DNA of 64,000 bases from Eledone cirrhosa (lineage: Eukaryota), in contig OZ024746.1 in assembly GCA_964016885.1 (NCBI GenBank), positions 40,176,001 to 40,240,000 of the forward strand, written 5' to 3'. Of the stretch, positions 11,911 through 25,829 are shown in pieces (the first letter of the stretch is position 1; the number at the start of each line of letters is the position of its first letter). The translations under genes were made by a program, and so were the position numbers. Under the pieces are notes generated by a model. That model worked only from the letters and a program-made list of their open reading frames with translations, made no database searches and was not told the origin of the DNA.

Positions 11911-12189
11911 GTAAAATGAAATTTGTTAATTTTTTTATCCAGATTCATGGCTTATGTAGTTTCTGTTTATTCTGTTAGACTTGTTTTACATTAGCGTTAA
12001 ACAATGATGATGATGATTATGATTAACTCTTAACCTCTAATACGTTATGAAACTGTATTAACAAGCCATTCCTGAAAAGTACAAAACAACACTATGACAA
12101 CATCATATTTGAAAGTAATCATGTACAAAAAGCTGCTACTTAAAGATGACCTAATCATCACTGCGAAGTAACACATCTTGAGGCTGCCA

Positions 12190-13090
12190 CCCTTAATATG
12201 AGCACACTGAAAGGTAGATCTAGGGAAATTGTGGAGATGCTTCAGAGGAGATGGGTGGGTGTATGGCATGTTCAAGAGATGAGATGGAGAGGTACCCAAT
12301 ATCAGGTAGCTAAAAGAGAAGCTAGACTATAGGTATACTACATAGTATGCAAAGAAGCTGAAAGCAGGAGGTTTGCCAATGTCTTGCGACATGAGGATCA
12401 GAAGCATGAAGTATTCTGCATAGTAAACTAGTATGTCAGTGTGAATCAGAATGTTGTTGGGGAAAAGTGTTCGAAATGACACCAGTGCACTAATGCTTAA
12501 AAGATAGAAGCCTGGAAATGTTATTATGAGAGGTTGATGAATGTGGAGAATGAGTGAGAAAAAGCTGACTCAACAGAGGAGCCAAATATCAAAATTGACA
12601 GTTATAGAATCAAAGAAGAAATTAAAGATTTGAATAATGGTAAAGCTGTTGGATGATCAAAGATAGTTGCTAAGATACTGAAATTGTCTGGGGAAGTAAG
12701 AACAAGATTAGTAACCTACATAGTCAATCAAGTAATACAGGATGAGTTCATATCCAATGACTGGTCTAGCAATATACTTATTTATTGTTATAAGGGAAAA
12801 GGTGATGCTTGAGAAAGGGGCAATTACTGGGGTATGAAACTGATGGACTAAGTTATGAAAGTGACAAAAAAAGTTTTAGCACAACTAACTAGGAAAAGAG
12901 TCAAATTAAATGAGATGCAGTTTGATTTTTTTCTTGCCATGGAGGAGTACTACACCTGCTCTCTTCTTGGTGAAACAATTACAGAAAAAGTTCCTAAGTA
13001 TAAGCCTCTATATCAAGCTTTTGTTGATCTGGAGAAGGCCCCTGACAGAGTTCCACAAGCTGTCATTTTGGGGTCTTTAAAACAGTAGTT
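12190..13090 (+). mobile_element. Degenerate RTE-like LINE reverse-transcriptase fragment
   Basis: YKGKGDA...NY.GMKLM and AFVDLEKAPDRVP remnants with stops and frameshifts. Confidence 0.75.
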
Positions 13091-13779
13091 TAACAAATGA
13101 TTCTTATATAAAATTATGTTGAAAGATTTTAATTTAAATAGGAACTCTTTAAAATGGGTAGTTTTGTTTTGGCCAGGTTGTTATCCATGATTTGCGAAAC
13201 GAACAAATAAGAGTCAGTTTTGAGGTAATCCAAGACACAGAATTACTGCAGATGATATCAAGGCTATGGCACAGGAATAACCAAGTGCCCTTTGAAATAT
13301 TTCAATTGACATTGCTTATTAATGGTGGTGGATGTAAGCAAATACAAAATTAGTTGCAAAACATGAAATGAAGATTTTGTTTGGTTGTTCATAATTATCC
13401 TTTCGAATTGGCAGTATCGGTAGAGGGTCAGACGCCATGCTTTGACGCATAGAGTTACGGCCCTTGCCTTTCATCCTTACGGGGTCGATAAAATAAAGTA
13501 CCCGTAATACACTGGGCAATTGCTGGCCTTGTGCCAAAAGTAGAAACAATTATTGGTAACAATTGATGAAATAGAAAATGCAGGCATTTTTCAGGAAGTA
13601 CTTTTACTAAAACTAAAGTGAAGAGAATTTTTGTAAAAGTTGTTTATTTTATTTTATTTTATTTTAGTTGTTTATTTTATTTTTTATTGTTTGTATTTTA
13701 GGTGTTGGTATTTTTGGCTATTTATTCTTGTTAACATCAGCAAATATATTGTATTTACGAATGCTATTAAATATCATAT

Positions 13780-13973
<194 letters not shown>

Positions 13974-15389
13974 GTTTGGTATTTGCCTCTTAGTCCCAGC
14001 AGTACAGCAAGTGTAAAAAGTCAACTTAGTGATATAGATTTGGGCTGAAAGCGTTTCAGAAGGAATGAAATTCAATATCCCCCAAAGGACAAAGTAAACT
14101 CTCCCAACACCAATACTTTGAATATCAGCAGACTATCCCAAGTTTCTCCCTAGCACAAATCAAAAACAAAAAAAAAGAACAAGAAACAACCACCAGTTTC
14201 CTTTCACACACACACATGCACGCACACACACACGCACGCATGCACGCACACACACACATATTCCTATAATTAGGCAGACACACACACATATATATGAAGA
14301 TTATGAAATGAATTTCCTTTTATTTATTTTTTTCACCCTCTCTTTTAGAATTAACAGCCATAGCACAACATTAGAAATTAGTTACATAAATTTAAAGAAA
14401 ATTAAAATGTCTGAAGGGCTTCTATTTCATTAAAGTTACAAAAGAGGAACAAGCAAGCATGATAAAATAATAGAGGTATCAATCTTATTAAACATAAAAC
14501 TTAAATATAGGCCCTTCATGTAATCATTTATAGTCAAATAAAATATTTAGTTGCTGTTGTTGTTGTTGGTGGTGGTGGTGGTGGTGACAGCAGTGTGTGT
14601 AGTGAGTTTAACCCTTTTGGAACATAACTTAACAAAACGTCCTTACATAAAACCATGAAAGATTTTAATATAAATAGAAAACCAGCCACAGACACACATT
14701 CATTGTTAAAGTAGTTCTCAGGGAGATTCTTCATGACACAATGTCTGACAAGGCTAGTCTTTTGAATTACAGGTACAACTCATTTTTGTGAGCTGAGTGG
14801 ACTGGAGCAACATAAAATAAAATGTCTTGTTGAAGAACATAATGTGCCGCTGTTTCTGGGAATTGAACTCAGGATCTTACAATCATTAGCTGAACACCTC
14901 AATCACTTAACCATATGCCTCCATGGCTATCTTTCTAATATAGCTAAGTCTAAAGTCTGTCTTGAGCCTGGAGGTTCATCAGGCCAGTGCTTATCCCAGT
15001 TTCCATGGCAGTAAACAACTGAGAGTACAAAACTCCCCCTGGATAGGATGTCAGTCCATTACAGGGTTAAATCCCCAACTATAATTGGTACTCATTTTCA
15101 GTTGAATGTACTGGAACAATGTAAAATATAACATTAATAATAATTTTAATAACACAAAACAGTCATATTGGAAACAGGAAGAGAAGACCATAAAAAGATA
15201 TGCCTAAAGATGATGGAGATGAAAGCCTAAGTTGATTGAGAGGAGGAAGAAGGAAGACAATAGAGCAAAATAGAGAAGCTTGTTATGGGGTCCCACAAGG
15301 CTACCCTTTGCTTTAGCAGGGAAAATGTTGTCATATTAGAAATGTCTTAACAGATTTGTTTTCATATATGCAATATTTATTTTCTTTAG

Positions 15390-15472
15390 TGGCCTTGTGC
15401 AGTCATATGAAGTGAATGCCAGTCAAGGAAGTGTCCAGCTGGTTGATAAACGGAAATTGGTCTGGAATATAG
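15390..15472 (+). CDS. AP5M1: AP5M1-like visible exon 9
   Basis: ttctttag|T GGC...ATA G|gtactt; GLVQSYEVNASQGSVQLVDKRKLVWNI(G). Confidence 0.92.
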
Positions 15473-15499
15473 GTACTTTTAATAAATTTTTATATATAT

Positions 15500-15700
15500 T
15501 TCTTCTTCATCTTCTTCTTTTTCTTTTTCTTCTTTTTATTTTTCTCTTTTTTTTCCTTTTCTTCTTTTTCTTCTTTTTCTTTTTTTCTTTTTCTTCTTTT
15601 TCTTTTTCTTCTTTTTCTTTTTCTTCTTCTCCTTTTTCTTTTTCTCCTTTTTTCTTTTTCTTCTTTTTCTTTTTCTTCTCCTTTTTTTCTTCTTCTCCTC
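15500..15700. repeat. (TTTTTC)n polypyrimidine tract just after the AP5M1 exon 9 donor
   Basis: About 200 bp of almost only T/C. Confidence 0.9.
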
Positions 15701-16574
15701 TTCCTGAGAGGATTGTGGAGATTGAGTCCTCAGTCAGGCCTCCCAAAGGGTGATATCAGAAGCAATTGTCTCCAAATGGTCCAGCTGGATCTCCAAGTTT
15801 ATGGATGTTATCCAACCATCTTGCTTGTAGTCTACTTCTAGGTCTCCTACCAGTTGGAGTTGCCTGTAAAACTATTTATCTTCCTTTACTACTTTTTTCT
15901 CTCTATTTTCCGTGTTTCCCTTTTTTTTTTAAATTTTCAACATCATTGTTTAGCGTCCATTTTCCCATGCATGTATTCATTAATTTAATTATTTTACTAA
16001 TTACTCATTTCCTTTCTGTTTCCTTTTCCTAATTTTTCTTATCTATTATTTATTTATATATTATATTGTTGTTTGTGCTGATGTGGCAGAATTGTTTGAG
16101 CATCAAGAAAAATTGCATTGTTCTATTTACTCCAGTTCTTTACACTCTGAGTTCAAATCCTATCTCTTGCTTGAAGAAGCCTGAAAGACACCAGTATCAT
16201 TATTGACATCATCATAACATCCACTTTCCCATGCAGGCTTAAGTTGGATGGAATGTTTTACAGGCCAAATGCCCTTCCTGATGCTAACCTTTTTAGTTGC
16301 TTCTTATGAGACTCACAGATATGATGTATCTAGTCTAAAAATCAGCATCAATCAATTAAATCAGCTCCAATACTTGACTGTTGTATTATTTTATCTATGT
16401 TGGAAGGCAGAGTTGAGTTTGGCTATATTTGAACTCAGAACATAGACATCAAGGATAAAACACTACAAGGCATTTTATCTAATGCTCTGACAATTGTGTC
16501 AATAAACTATGCTAAAGGCTTCCGTTTTATTAATGTGTTTTTATTCTGAATCAACCTTTTATTACTTTCAATAG

Positions 16575-16702
16575 GGCAGAAATTCCCTAGTAAAAACCTT
16601 GAAGTTTTCTTGACATCAACCCTATTACTTAATAAACAGTTGCCTACAAATCCTGATATGTATGAAGATCCTTTTTGCATTGATCTGAATTCTTATGTTT
16701 TG
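16575..16702 (+). CDS. AP5M1: AP5M1-like visible exon 10
   Basis: tttcaatag|GG CAG AAA TTC CCT...TTG|gtaagt; GQKFPSKNLEV...EDPFCIDLNSYVL (compare GQKFPKS...DPICTGETAY). Confidence 0.93.
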
Positions 16703-18326
16703 GTAAGTCTATTTTTTAATCATTTTACTATTATTCTCTCAGACTTTCTTTGGCAAGCTTTCTATGGCTGGATGCCCTTCTTATCACCAACTACTTTATA
16801 GAGCATACTGGGTGTGTTTCCAGTTAACAATGCAGCAGTGCATACAGTTAAAGTCAGTTTTAACATTTGCCATGTTCACATCAACTGTAGGTAGTACAGT
16901 TGTAAAGAGTGAAACAAATACCTCTACAAAGTAGTGACATTTCTAACAGTGAAGGCAGAATCATTATCATCATACAACAGACAAATAACTGTCTTGACAA
17001 CTTCCATATATGATAATTTCACACTACCACTGGTATTTTATTGCATGATAGCATTTAGAAAAGTAACATCTTTTTCATTTCTAACCAGTTTGCTTTTGTA
17101 ATGTTTGTGATAGTCTCTACAATATTCTAAAAGAGACATTCTGGATTTCTCGATTAGTAGTTGGCTCTTTATTTCTGGGAGAAACATAAGGAAAACTTGA
17201 AGAACATATGGATGATTCATTTGTTAGAAAAGGAAAATAAAATTTACTGCTCACACCTATGCATGTTTAGCTTGCCTATTACAAGGTTGTATCTCATAGG
17301 AGGTTACTCAGATGTTTTAATGTTAGGGGACCGTAATCCTATCATGAAAAGCAATATAAAATTAAGAGTTTTGCTTAATGCACTGCCTAGTCTATGAGTG
17401 TGAGCCCAACACTCTGATCCATAAGCCACATACTCTCACTGGAATTTATTTGTGCTTCTTCATAGAGAAATCAAAGCATTCACTTGAAATACGATAATTC
17501 AGTGTTGAGTTATATGTCAACAACTTGAGAGACACCACCTGCATGACCTAGTTGATTCCAAGACTGGGTTCATATTGCCAAAAATCGTAACAACCTCTCT
17601 AGTGCTGATGCCATCATAAAATGCACTTGGTGGAGCACGGGAGTATATGTAAGTGAGATGTTGACCTCTGGTCCATCTAAGAGGTCAGTAATCCCAGTTG
17701 AATACTGACTTGGTCCATGACAACCTGTCCAACCCTTGCTAGCAAGGAAAACAGATGTTAAATGAAGATGATGATGATGATGATAAAAACGAAACACAAA
17801 AAATACTTAACAATAGATCATAAGTGAACAATAAGTTAATCAACAATCTTCCTAATATTTATAGCTACTTCACATTTTTATTGTGGAAGTATATACATTG
17901 TCAGAATACTTCAATTTTAACATTGAATTATATTCTAGTTTGACAAATGATAAAATTTCATCACATAACCTCCACCACCATCATCGTTATCATCATCATT
18001 GAATTATATTCTAGTTTGACAAATGACAAAATTTCATCATACAACCACCACCACCACCACCAGTTGTCCTGTTGTGAGACAAGTCGTATCAGGTGACTGT
18101 GCCGTGCTCATACAGAACTATTTCTAGCTTGGTTACTACAGCTAGATGCTCTTCGTAATGTCAACCACATTTACAGTGTGGTACTGATCAGCCAGTCTGA
18201 CTATATAATTTGTCTCATGTTTATCTATCCATTCAGCCATTTATTTGTTCATTTGCCATAAATCTATATTTTTAAATATATTTTGAGAAAGAAAACTAAC
18301 TTAAATTTTCACTATCTCTTTGTTAG

Positions 18327-18423
18327 CTCACATTTCGGATTAATGATTTCACTCAGTCAGGCTGCCATGTTGATTCAAAATCTGTACAAGTGAAAGGAAA
18401 ATTGAAATGTAAACTAAATACAG
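18327..18423 (+). CDS. AP5M1: AP5M1-like visible exon 11
   Basis: ctttgttag|CTC...ACA G|gtaatt; LTFRINDFTQSGCHVDSKSVQV (compare [22 protein letters not shown]). Confidence 0.93.
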
Positions 18424-19848
18424 GTAATTTATTATTTATTTCTGTTTACCTTTGAAATTATAGCGTTTCCATTTATGAAATTGCACTCATGATAAGAAAC
18501 AGTGACTGAAGGATCAAGTCACTTGGTTTCTAGACCATCTGTAGCTAGATGTATTCCTGACTCAGAAAACAGACTTTGTCTTAACACCAGCCTTACCTTG
18601 ACTAACAGACTGCTAAGAGCTAGAGGTGTATTTTTACTCCTCAGCTAATGCATGCTCTGTTTTTGTTTTAATCTTTGTGCCGCAACTATGGCTTCAGTTT
18701 TTAATGCTTTTTTTCTACCCAGCCCTGAAGCATACAGGGCATTCCCTTAATAACCATATTCTCAGTCTACCTTTGTCCTGACTTCAATTTATCTTACAAA
18801 AATTAATAAGTATTACTCTGTAAAGTAGTTTATGATAGGAAGGGCATCTAGCCATAGAAAACCTGCTTAATAAACGTTTGGAAAGACATGACAACTTACC
18901 ACTTGTTGGTGTCACAATACAGGCCTTTGACCCACCTTGAGTACCGACCAGTCTGTGACAATAAGTCTAATTCTTGCTAGCAGAGAAAAGGGATGTTAAA
19001 TGATGATGATGAAGATGACTCTTACTTTGTGATTGAGTAATTGAACTACTGAAGAACACTAAAAATGGATTTGTATAAATTTCCAATAACTCATTAAAAT
19101 ATATGGAAAATGGAAACTCTTTTTCCTAACTCCAAACAAAGCAATAACACTACTAAAATGCAAGGGTTTATCAAGAAGAGAAAAGTGGTTCTCTATGGCG
19201 ATTAACAGATAGCAGTTTAGTCTTAGACAGGGCCTATGAGCTAAGAAGGCCCTACAGCCACCATGCACCATCCATTTTGAGAAATAATCTTTTCCTGCTT
19301 CGGGCTCTAAAAGGATCTTGTACTACCTTGCAAAATTTCTCTTGGAGGCCCTGGTCTTAGATGTATTAGAGGTAGCTAGTGATTTCTTGCCCTCACCCAA
19401 CAACAGATTGAAAGTGATATTTAAGTTCAGCTGCAAATTCAACTTAATCAAATGTATCAGACTTACTATTAAGAGTGTCATCAGCATAAGATACCAAGCT
19501 GAGGAAATGTCATTGAGAAGATCATTGATGAAAAACTCTAATATATTCTTTATAAAATGAAGAGAGTGAGGTGGGGGATTGAGAAAGAGTTAAATAAAAT
19601 GCTTTTCACCATGACTAAAAATGCCAATATACATATGCACATATATGCACACATATGCACATGTGCATACACACACAGACAGCATACAATTTCAATTTAA
19701 GATACCATAGCAAAGTAAACACCCATTTGAATCTCATTTCACTTTCAACCCAGTTTCACTGAAAATGTTAAAGTATCATTTTTTTTTTAATGCTTTTTTT
19801 TTTCTTTCACAAATTTTCTAATTTTCTGTTTGTTTGTTTTTATTCCAG

Positions 19849-19925
19849 TTCATGAATATGTATCATCTCATTATAAATTCTGGAACATCCATGGCAATTC
19901 TCTTACAATAACACCACAAAGCTGA
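19849..19925 (+). CDS. AP5M1: AP5M1-like terminal coding exon
   Basis: ttattccag|TT CAT...AGC TGA; (V)HEYVSSHYKFWNIHGNSLTITPQS* (compare SSDYYIWNS). Confidence 0.92.
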
Positions 19926-20040
19926 TAACAAAGACGAAAGTATCAATTATTGATTATCATTGCTGTTATTATTATTATTATCATTATTAGAGGATGAAAG
20001 ACAAAGCTAACCTTGGCAGGATTTGAACTCAGAATGTAAA

Positions 20041-20655
20041 GTTCAAATCCCACCGAGGTTAGCTTTGCCTTTCATCCTTACAAGGTCGATAAAATAAAGT
20101 ACCAGTAATGCACTGGGGCCGATTTAATAGACTTTCCCCATCCCTTCAAATTGCTGGCCTTGTGCCTAAAGTAGAAACAATTATTATTATTATTAAAGGG
20201 CAGTGGACTGGCAGTATCGGTAGAGCGTCATAGAATTATGTCTCTTTACATTCTGAGTTCAAATCCTGCTGAGGTTAACTTTGCCTTTTATTTTTATGAG
20301 GTCGATAAAATAAAGTACCAGTAATACACTGTGTTTGATTTAATCGACTTTCCCTTCCCCAAAATTGTTGGCCTTGTGTCTAAATCGGAAACCATTATTA
20401 TTATTATTATCAAGGAAAGGGTGGTGAATTAGCAATATCGGTAGAACATCAGACAACATGCTATGTGGCATAAAGTTACGGCCTATTATGTTCTTAGTTC
20501 AAATCCCACCTACGTTAGATTTGCCTTTCATCTTTATGGGGGTTGATAAAATAAAATACCAGTAACAAACTGCGGTTGATTTAATTAACTTCCAGCCACC
20601 CACAAAATTGCTGGCCTTGTGCCTAAATCAGAAACAATTTTTATTATTATTATTA
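20041..20655 (+). mobile_element. Three tandem SINE-A copies downstream of the AP5M1 stop
   Basis: Repeated GTTCAAATCC...GGCCTTGTG...AGAAAC units separated by (ATT)n. Confidence 0.85.
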
Positions 20656-21094
20656 TTGGTCGCAGTTTTTTTCCTGCCAGGTGCTGCGATGACCGGTAGA
20701 TAGTATCAGCAATGGAAAAAATAGAAACAATGGAAACATTACATTGTTTTTCTTCGATTCGATTTGACAAGTTCCACCTCATTCGGTAAACGACTGAGGT
20801 CTGGGATCTTGTCGATCGTTAAGAGAGAGACAGACAGACAGATTATTATTGTTGTTGTTGTTGTTGTTTTCTTTTTGTAAATTCTTTTACTTGTTCAATT
20901 CTTATAATAAAATATATAGTAAGAATTGTTGTTTTCTAATATTTGTTTGATAAAAATACACAAAATTTTCCATTCTTTATATTGTTTAAAGGCAGTCAAT
21001 GGGTAGAATTGGTAGAGCATTGGATAAATAAATGCCTTGTGGTATTTGCTCTAACTCTTTACAGTCTTTATTCAAATTTCACCAAGGTCAAATT

Positions 21095-22190
21095 CCACCA
21101 AGCCATATACAGAGGAGCTGTCAGTAAAGTGAGAGTAGCAAGTGAGTTTAGTGAGGAATTCAAGGTACAGATAGTAGTTCATCAGGGTTTGGTTCTTAGC
21201 CCACTACTATTCATCATAGTTCTCCAGGCCATAATAGAGGAGTTCAAGATCAGCTGTCCATAGGAACTCTATGTGGAGGATCTGGTCCATATAGCTGAAT
21301 CCATAAAAGAATTAGAGAACAAGTTCCAACTATGGGAACAGAATTTGGAATCAAAAGGTCTGAGAGTAAAATTAGACAAATTTAAAGTGCTAGTAAATAG
21401 GAAAGAAGATAGGACCCTGATTCCCTCAGGGAAGTGGCCCTGCTCAATATGTAGAAAAGGAGTAGGCATAAACTCTATACAATGTACACAATGTAAATCT
21501 TGGATAGACAAGAGATGTAGTGGAATATCAGGTAGATTAATAGGAAGGGAAGACTATGTATGTAGAAGATACACAGGGTGGTAATCAAGAGAAAGAGCAT
21601 CAGTGATATAAACCTTTTCCAATCACATAAAAGATCCATAGAAGTAGTTCATAGCTTCAGCTATCTAGGTGACTTTATTAGTTGCAGAGGAGGGTGCTCT
21701 GAGAACATAATAGCTAGAATAAAGATAGGATGGAAGAAATCTAGAGAGTTACTCCCACTGTTGACAACAAAAAGACGACTATGACGCCTGTGTGCAAAGT
21801 GCGATGCTGCATAGTAAAACGTGCAGTGACTGCAGAGGACATGCATAGACTAGAATGAAATAAAGCAACCATTCTTCATTGGATGTGCATGAATAAAGGC
21901 ACCCAGTCCACCCTGTAAGGTGGTAGTGCTGGAATCATGATAAATGTTCCCAGAACACACTGTAAAGTGGTTGGTGTTAGGAAGGGCATCCAGTTGTAGA
22001 AACCTTGCTCCCAGTACACACTGTAAAGTGTTTGGTGTTAGTAAGGGCATCCAGCAATTGAAACCAAGCCAAAATGGAATATACAAACAAGACATGCTCA
22101 CCTGACTCGTCTAGCCTCAAAATGTGACACCCTGTCTAAAACAGGCAAGCATGGAAAATAGACAATAAACAGGGATGATGATGGTGATAG
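21095..22190 (+). mobile_element. Degenerate RTE-like LINE (RT core plus PHD-like finger) joined to the family's tail
   Basis: VHQGLVLSPLLFIIV, YVEDL (degenerate YADD), CSICRKGVGINSIQCTQCKSWIDKRCSGI, FSYLG. Confidence 0.8.
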
Positions 22191-25100
22191 TGATATATAT
22201 CCATCACAGATGAAACCATTTCATGCAAAATGTTGTAATTGCTTCCCAGAGGATTTTTGTAGAACAGAGGAAATACAAGAAATATTATACTATTGGCAGT
22301 TTTAATACTTCATATTGTTTACAGGATGTGAAATTGTAAGCTACGTTGTCAAAATTGTTTACTAGAATGAAATGTGACTATAACTTCTTTTAAATCTAGT
22401 ATTATGCCAGAAATGAGTGTTTAAAATATGGAGTAATAATTCTCAAATAGATTTTATCCTTCAACCATCCTGACATTGTCTCCATCTTTACATACAATTC
22501 ATGGTGTGTACTAAGTTAAACTGTAGTATTACCAAGATGAGCTAAGGGAAGTCTCTATGAAGTCTTTCAACTTACTAGAAATGGTAACTAATGTCTCTAA
22601 ATCCTTTCATTACCATATTTCTAATGAAAGACACAGGCTATGATTTTCATATCCTTTTGAAAATAATCAAGAATTTGGAAGGATTTAATAAAATAACTTA
22701 AATTCTCATTATTAAGCTGTTGTTTGGAACATAACTTAACAGAGATTTTTACATAAAATTATGATGGAATGTTTTTAAATAAATACGAACACCTTAAAAT
22801 AAACAGTTTTGTGTTATAAAAGCACCCAGCACTCACTGTAAATGAGGTTGGTGTTAGGAAGGGCATCCAGCTGTAGAAATCAAGCCAGATCAGTTCCTGT
22901 ATGAGCAAGGCATGGTCAGCCGACCAGACACTGCCCACAACAGGACAACCCGTCTAACCCATGCTAGCGTGGAAGAACGGACGTAAAACGGTGATGATGA
23001 TGAAAACTAGAGTTGGTTTCAAACAGTTTGGCATCTACCATTCTAAATGAGGATACCCACAGTAGATAATGTATTCTTCGATATACTATATCTAAATAAA
23101 AGATGAGATTGCCATAGCTAGATCATTTTGGATCATATATTTGCTGAATCAAAACTGACTTGTTGCTAAACAACAACATTACCCAGAAAAGTGGGTCGCA
23201 CAACATAGAAAATAATAAAACAATAAATTTGAAGGGTGTAATATTAAACCCCATACTTCCTAAAAAGTAAATTAGAAGAAGTATTAAAGTGCTCTGAGTT
23301 TCATTTTTTCAGGGCCAATATATAAAGTACAATTCTAAGGCACTGCTCTAGTGGAATCATTAGAGTTTGGATGGGGTTCCATGCAGTATTTGTTTTTGAG
23401 TTCAAATCTTGCCATGACCTACCAATCACTAATAGAAGGGAATAGAGTCTTGACATGTATGCATGGACCCACAGTTGATTGTGGATAACATTAAAGTGCT
23501 CCATGGTATTCAACCTGCTGAAAGATGATGGTGGTGGTAGTAATGATGATGATGAAATTAGGATGGCTCTTGATCTCTTCAGTTGAAATCCTGCTGAGGT
23601 TAAATTTGCCTGTCATCCTTCAGGAATCAATAAAATAAGGTACTAGTAAAGTACTGGGTTGATATTATCAACTTGTCTCCCTCTTGCCCCCAAAATTGCT
23701 GGGATTGTACCAAAATTAGAAACCATTATTAACTGTTTCATGACCATATTTCTATTGAAATACACTTTATTTCAATTAGTTAATGAAGAATTATTTCATT
23801 AGTAAGATAGTAACTTAATGTAAAGTTCTTATATAAGATTATATTGGAAACCTTAAAATGGGTAATTTTATTTCATAGAATCAAAGCCAGTCTTGGGCGG
23901 ATTAGTAACAAAAGTGTTTAAAGACATAACTTTATTGTAATTCTTTCAGATAAGCAGAGATACATGTTTAACTTTTTTAATACTAGACAGCCCATGGTTC
24001 TATGATACAAAACTTTGAATGCTTATATTTATCTAAAAACATCCCATCATATTTTTAGATAAGAGCATTTATTTTAACCCTTTAGCATTTATATTACTCT
24101 ATATTTACTATTGTATTTTCACGGTAAAGGCTTTACCTTACATAATTATCTCACATAATATCGAATCTATGAGAGTTTGATATTATTTATTTTGAGAACT
24201 ATACCTTAGCATCAGTACGAGAGGCCGGTTTAAATGCTAAAGGTTTAAATTATGTTACAAATACCAATTCTGTATGTAAATACAGAAGGACAGCAGCCAG
24301 CTTGAGGAGGGAGCCCTGTGAGGTGGAGTGGCTATTGTATTAGGTGTCTTTGACCATTCTCCACAGTAATGCTTTTGCTATTTTATCTGCAGAGTGCAGC
24401 TGAGACTAGGGTGTAGTGTCTGTCCCTCTCCTCCCCCTCTCTCATTTTTTCATTGCTTAATTCTTCTTTTTCTTCTTTTCATTTCCTTTTTTTTTTGTTC
24501 CCTTTAATAGAGTATTTTGTTTTTGTATAAATTGTTGACAACATTTTTTTTAAATACCAACTTAATAATGAGAAATTTTTTTACATTCCTAAATCCCTCC
24601 AAATTCATGATTATTTTCAAAATTAATTGAAAACCATAGGCGGTGTCTTTCATTAGAAATATGGCAATAAAAATGTTTATGAAGTATTGATAATAGCCAC
24701 TTAAAAGGCAACAATGTTATCAGAAACATAACAGCTCTAAGTGAGCTTCAGAATTAGTAGTATGTAACAATAATATTATCACACAATGAGTGATGGTTGT
24801 GTATGTGTGTGTGGTGCTGCTAGTGGTGGTAGTGGTGCTGGTGGTGGTGATGGTGTGTGTAAGTGTATGAAAAATATTTTCAAAATATGAAAATACATTT
24901 AATCAAAATACAATTAATCAAAACAATTATCAAAGAATGTGTGTGTGTGTGTGTGTAAATGCCATAATCGTCATCACTGTTTAACTCCATTCTCCCACAC
25001 TAGCATGGGTTAGACGAGTTATCCTGTTGTCCCATTGTGAGATAAGCCTGATCAGATGAACATGATTTTTCATACAGAACTGATTCTGGCTTGGTTTCTA

Positions 25101-25398
25101 TGGCTGGTAGTGGTGGTTGAGCTGGGGATGGTTGTGTTGAGAGTGCTTGCGATGGTGGTGGTGGTGGCTGTGGCGAGGGTGATGGTGGTTTTGCTGAGCG
25201 TGGTGGTAGTGGTTGTGGTTGTGCTGAGGGTGATGGCAGTGGTGCTGATGCTTGTGATAGTAGTGGTGGTGGTGGTGGTGATGGTAGTGGTGGTGGTGGT
25301 GGTGGTAGCGGTGGCGATGGTATTGACAATTTTTAAAAAGAAAAAATATGATCCACTTGTTGATTACATTCACAGAGGAGATGAAAAAATAATTTATC

Positions 25399-25436
<38 letters not shown>

Positions 25437-25586
25437 CAATCACATGAGAACTGCATGTGACTGCATGTGACTCCTTATGATAAGCATGATAGGCCTATAG
25501 AATAAAGTGTGTGTGTGTGCATGAAAAATACATTCAAAATATAAAAATATGTTTAGCCTTTGATTAATCAAAACAGTTATTAAAGA

Positions 25587-25682
<96 letters not shown>

Positions 25683-25829
25683 TTTTTTTCCCCCTATGCC
25701 TAGCCAAGACTACCTAGTGTTTGTCTTGTTTTCCATCTTCATTTTCGAATTATTTGTGTCTTTACTGGACCTTTTTTCTGTTTCTCCATTGTGATCCTGT
25801 CTCTATGTTGTACTCCTGTAGAAGGGCTT

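Noticed and set aside
17921-18040. 43-bp direct repeat around a (CAC/CAT)n
   Set aside because: A simple local tandem duplication with no further structure.
25000-25460. Pro-, His- or Val-rich ORFs
   Set aside because: Translations of a (GGT)n microsatellite; the same applies to the ORFs at 1427-1805, 13718-14075, 15507-15746 and 28516-29057.
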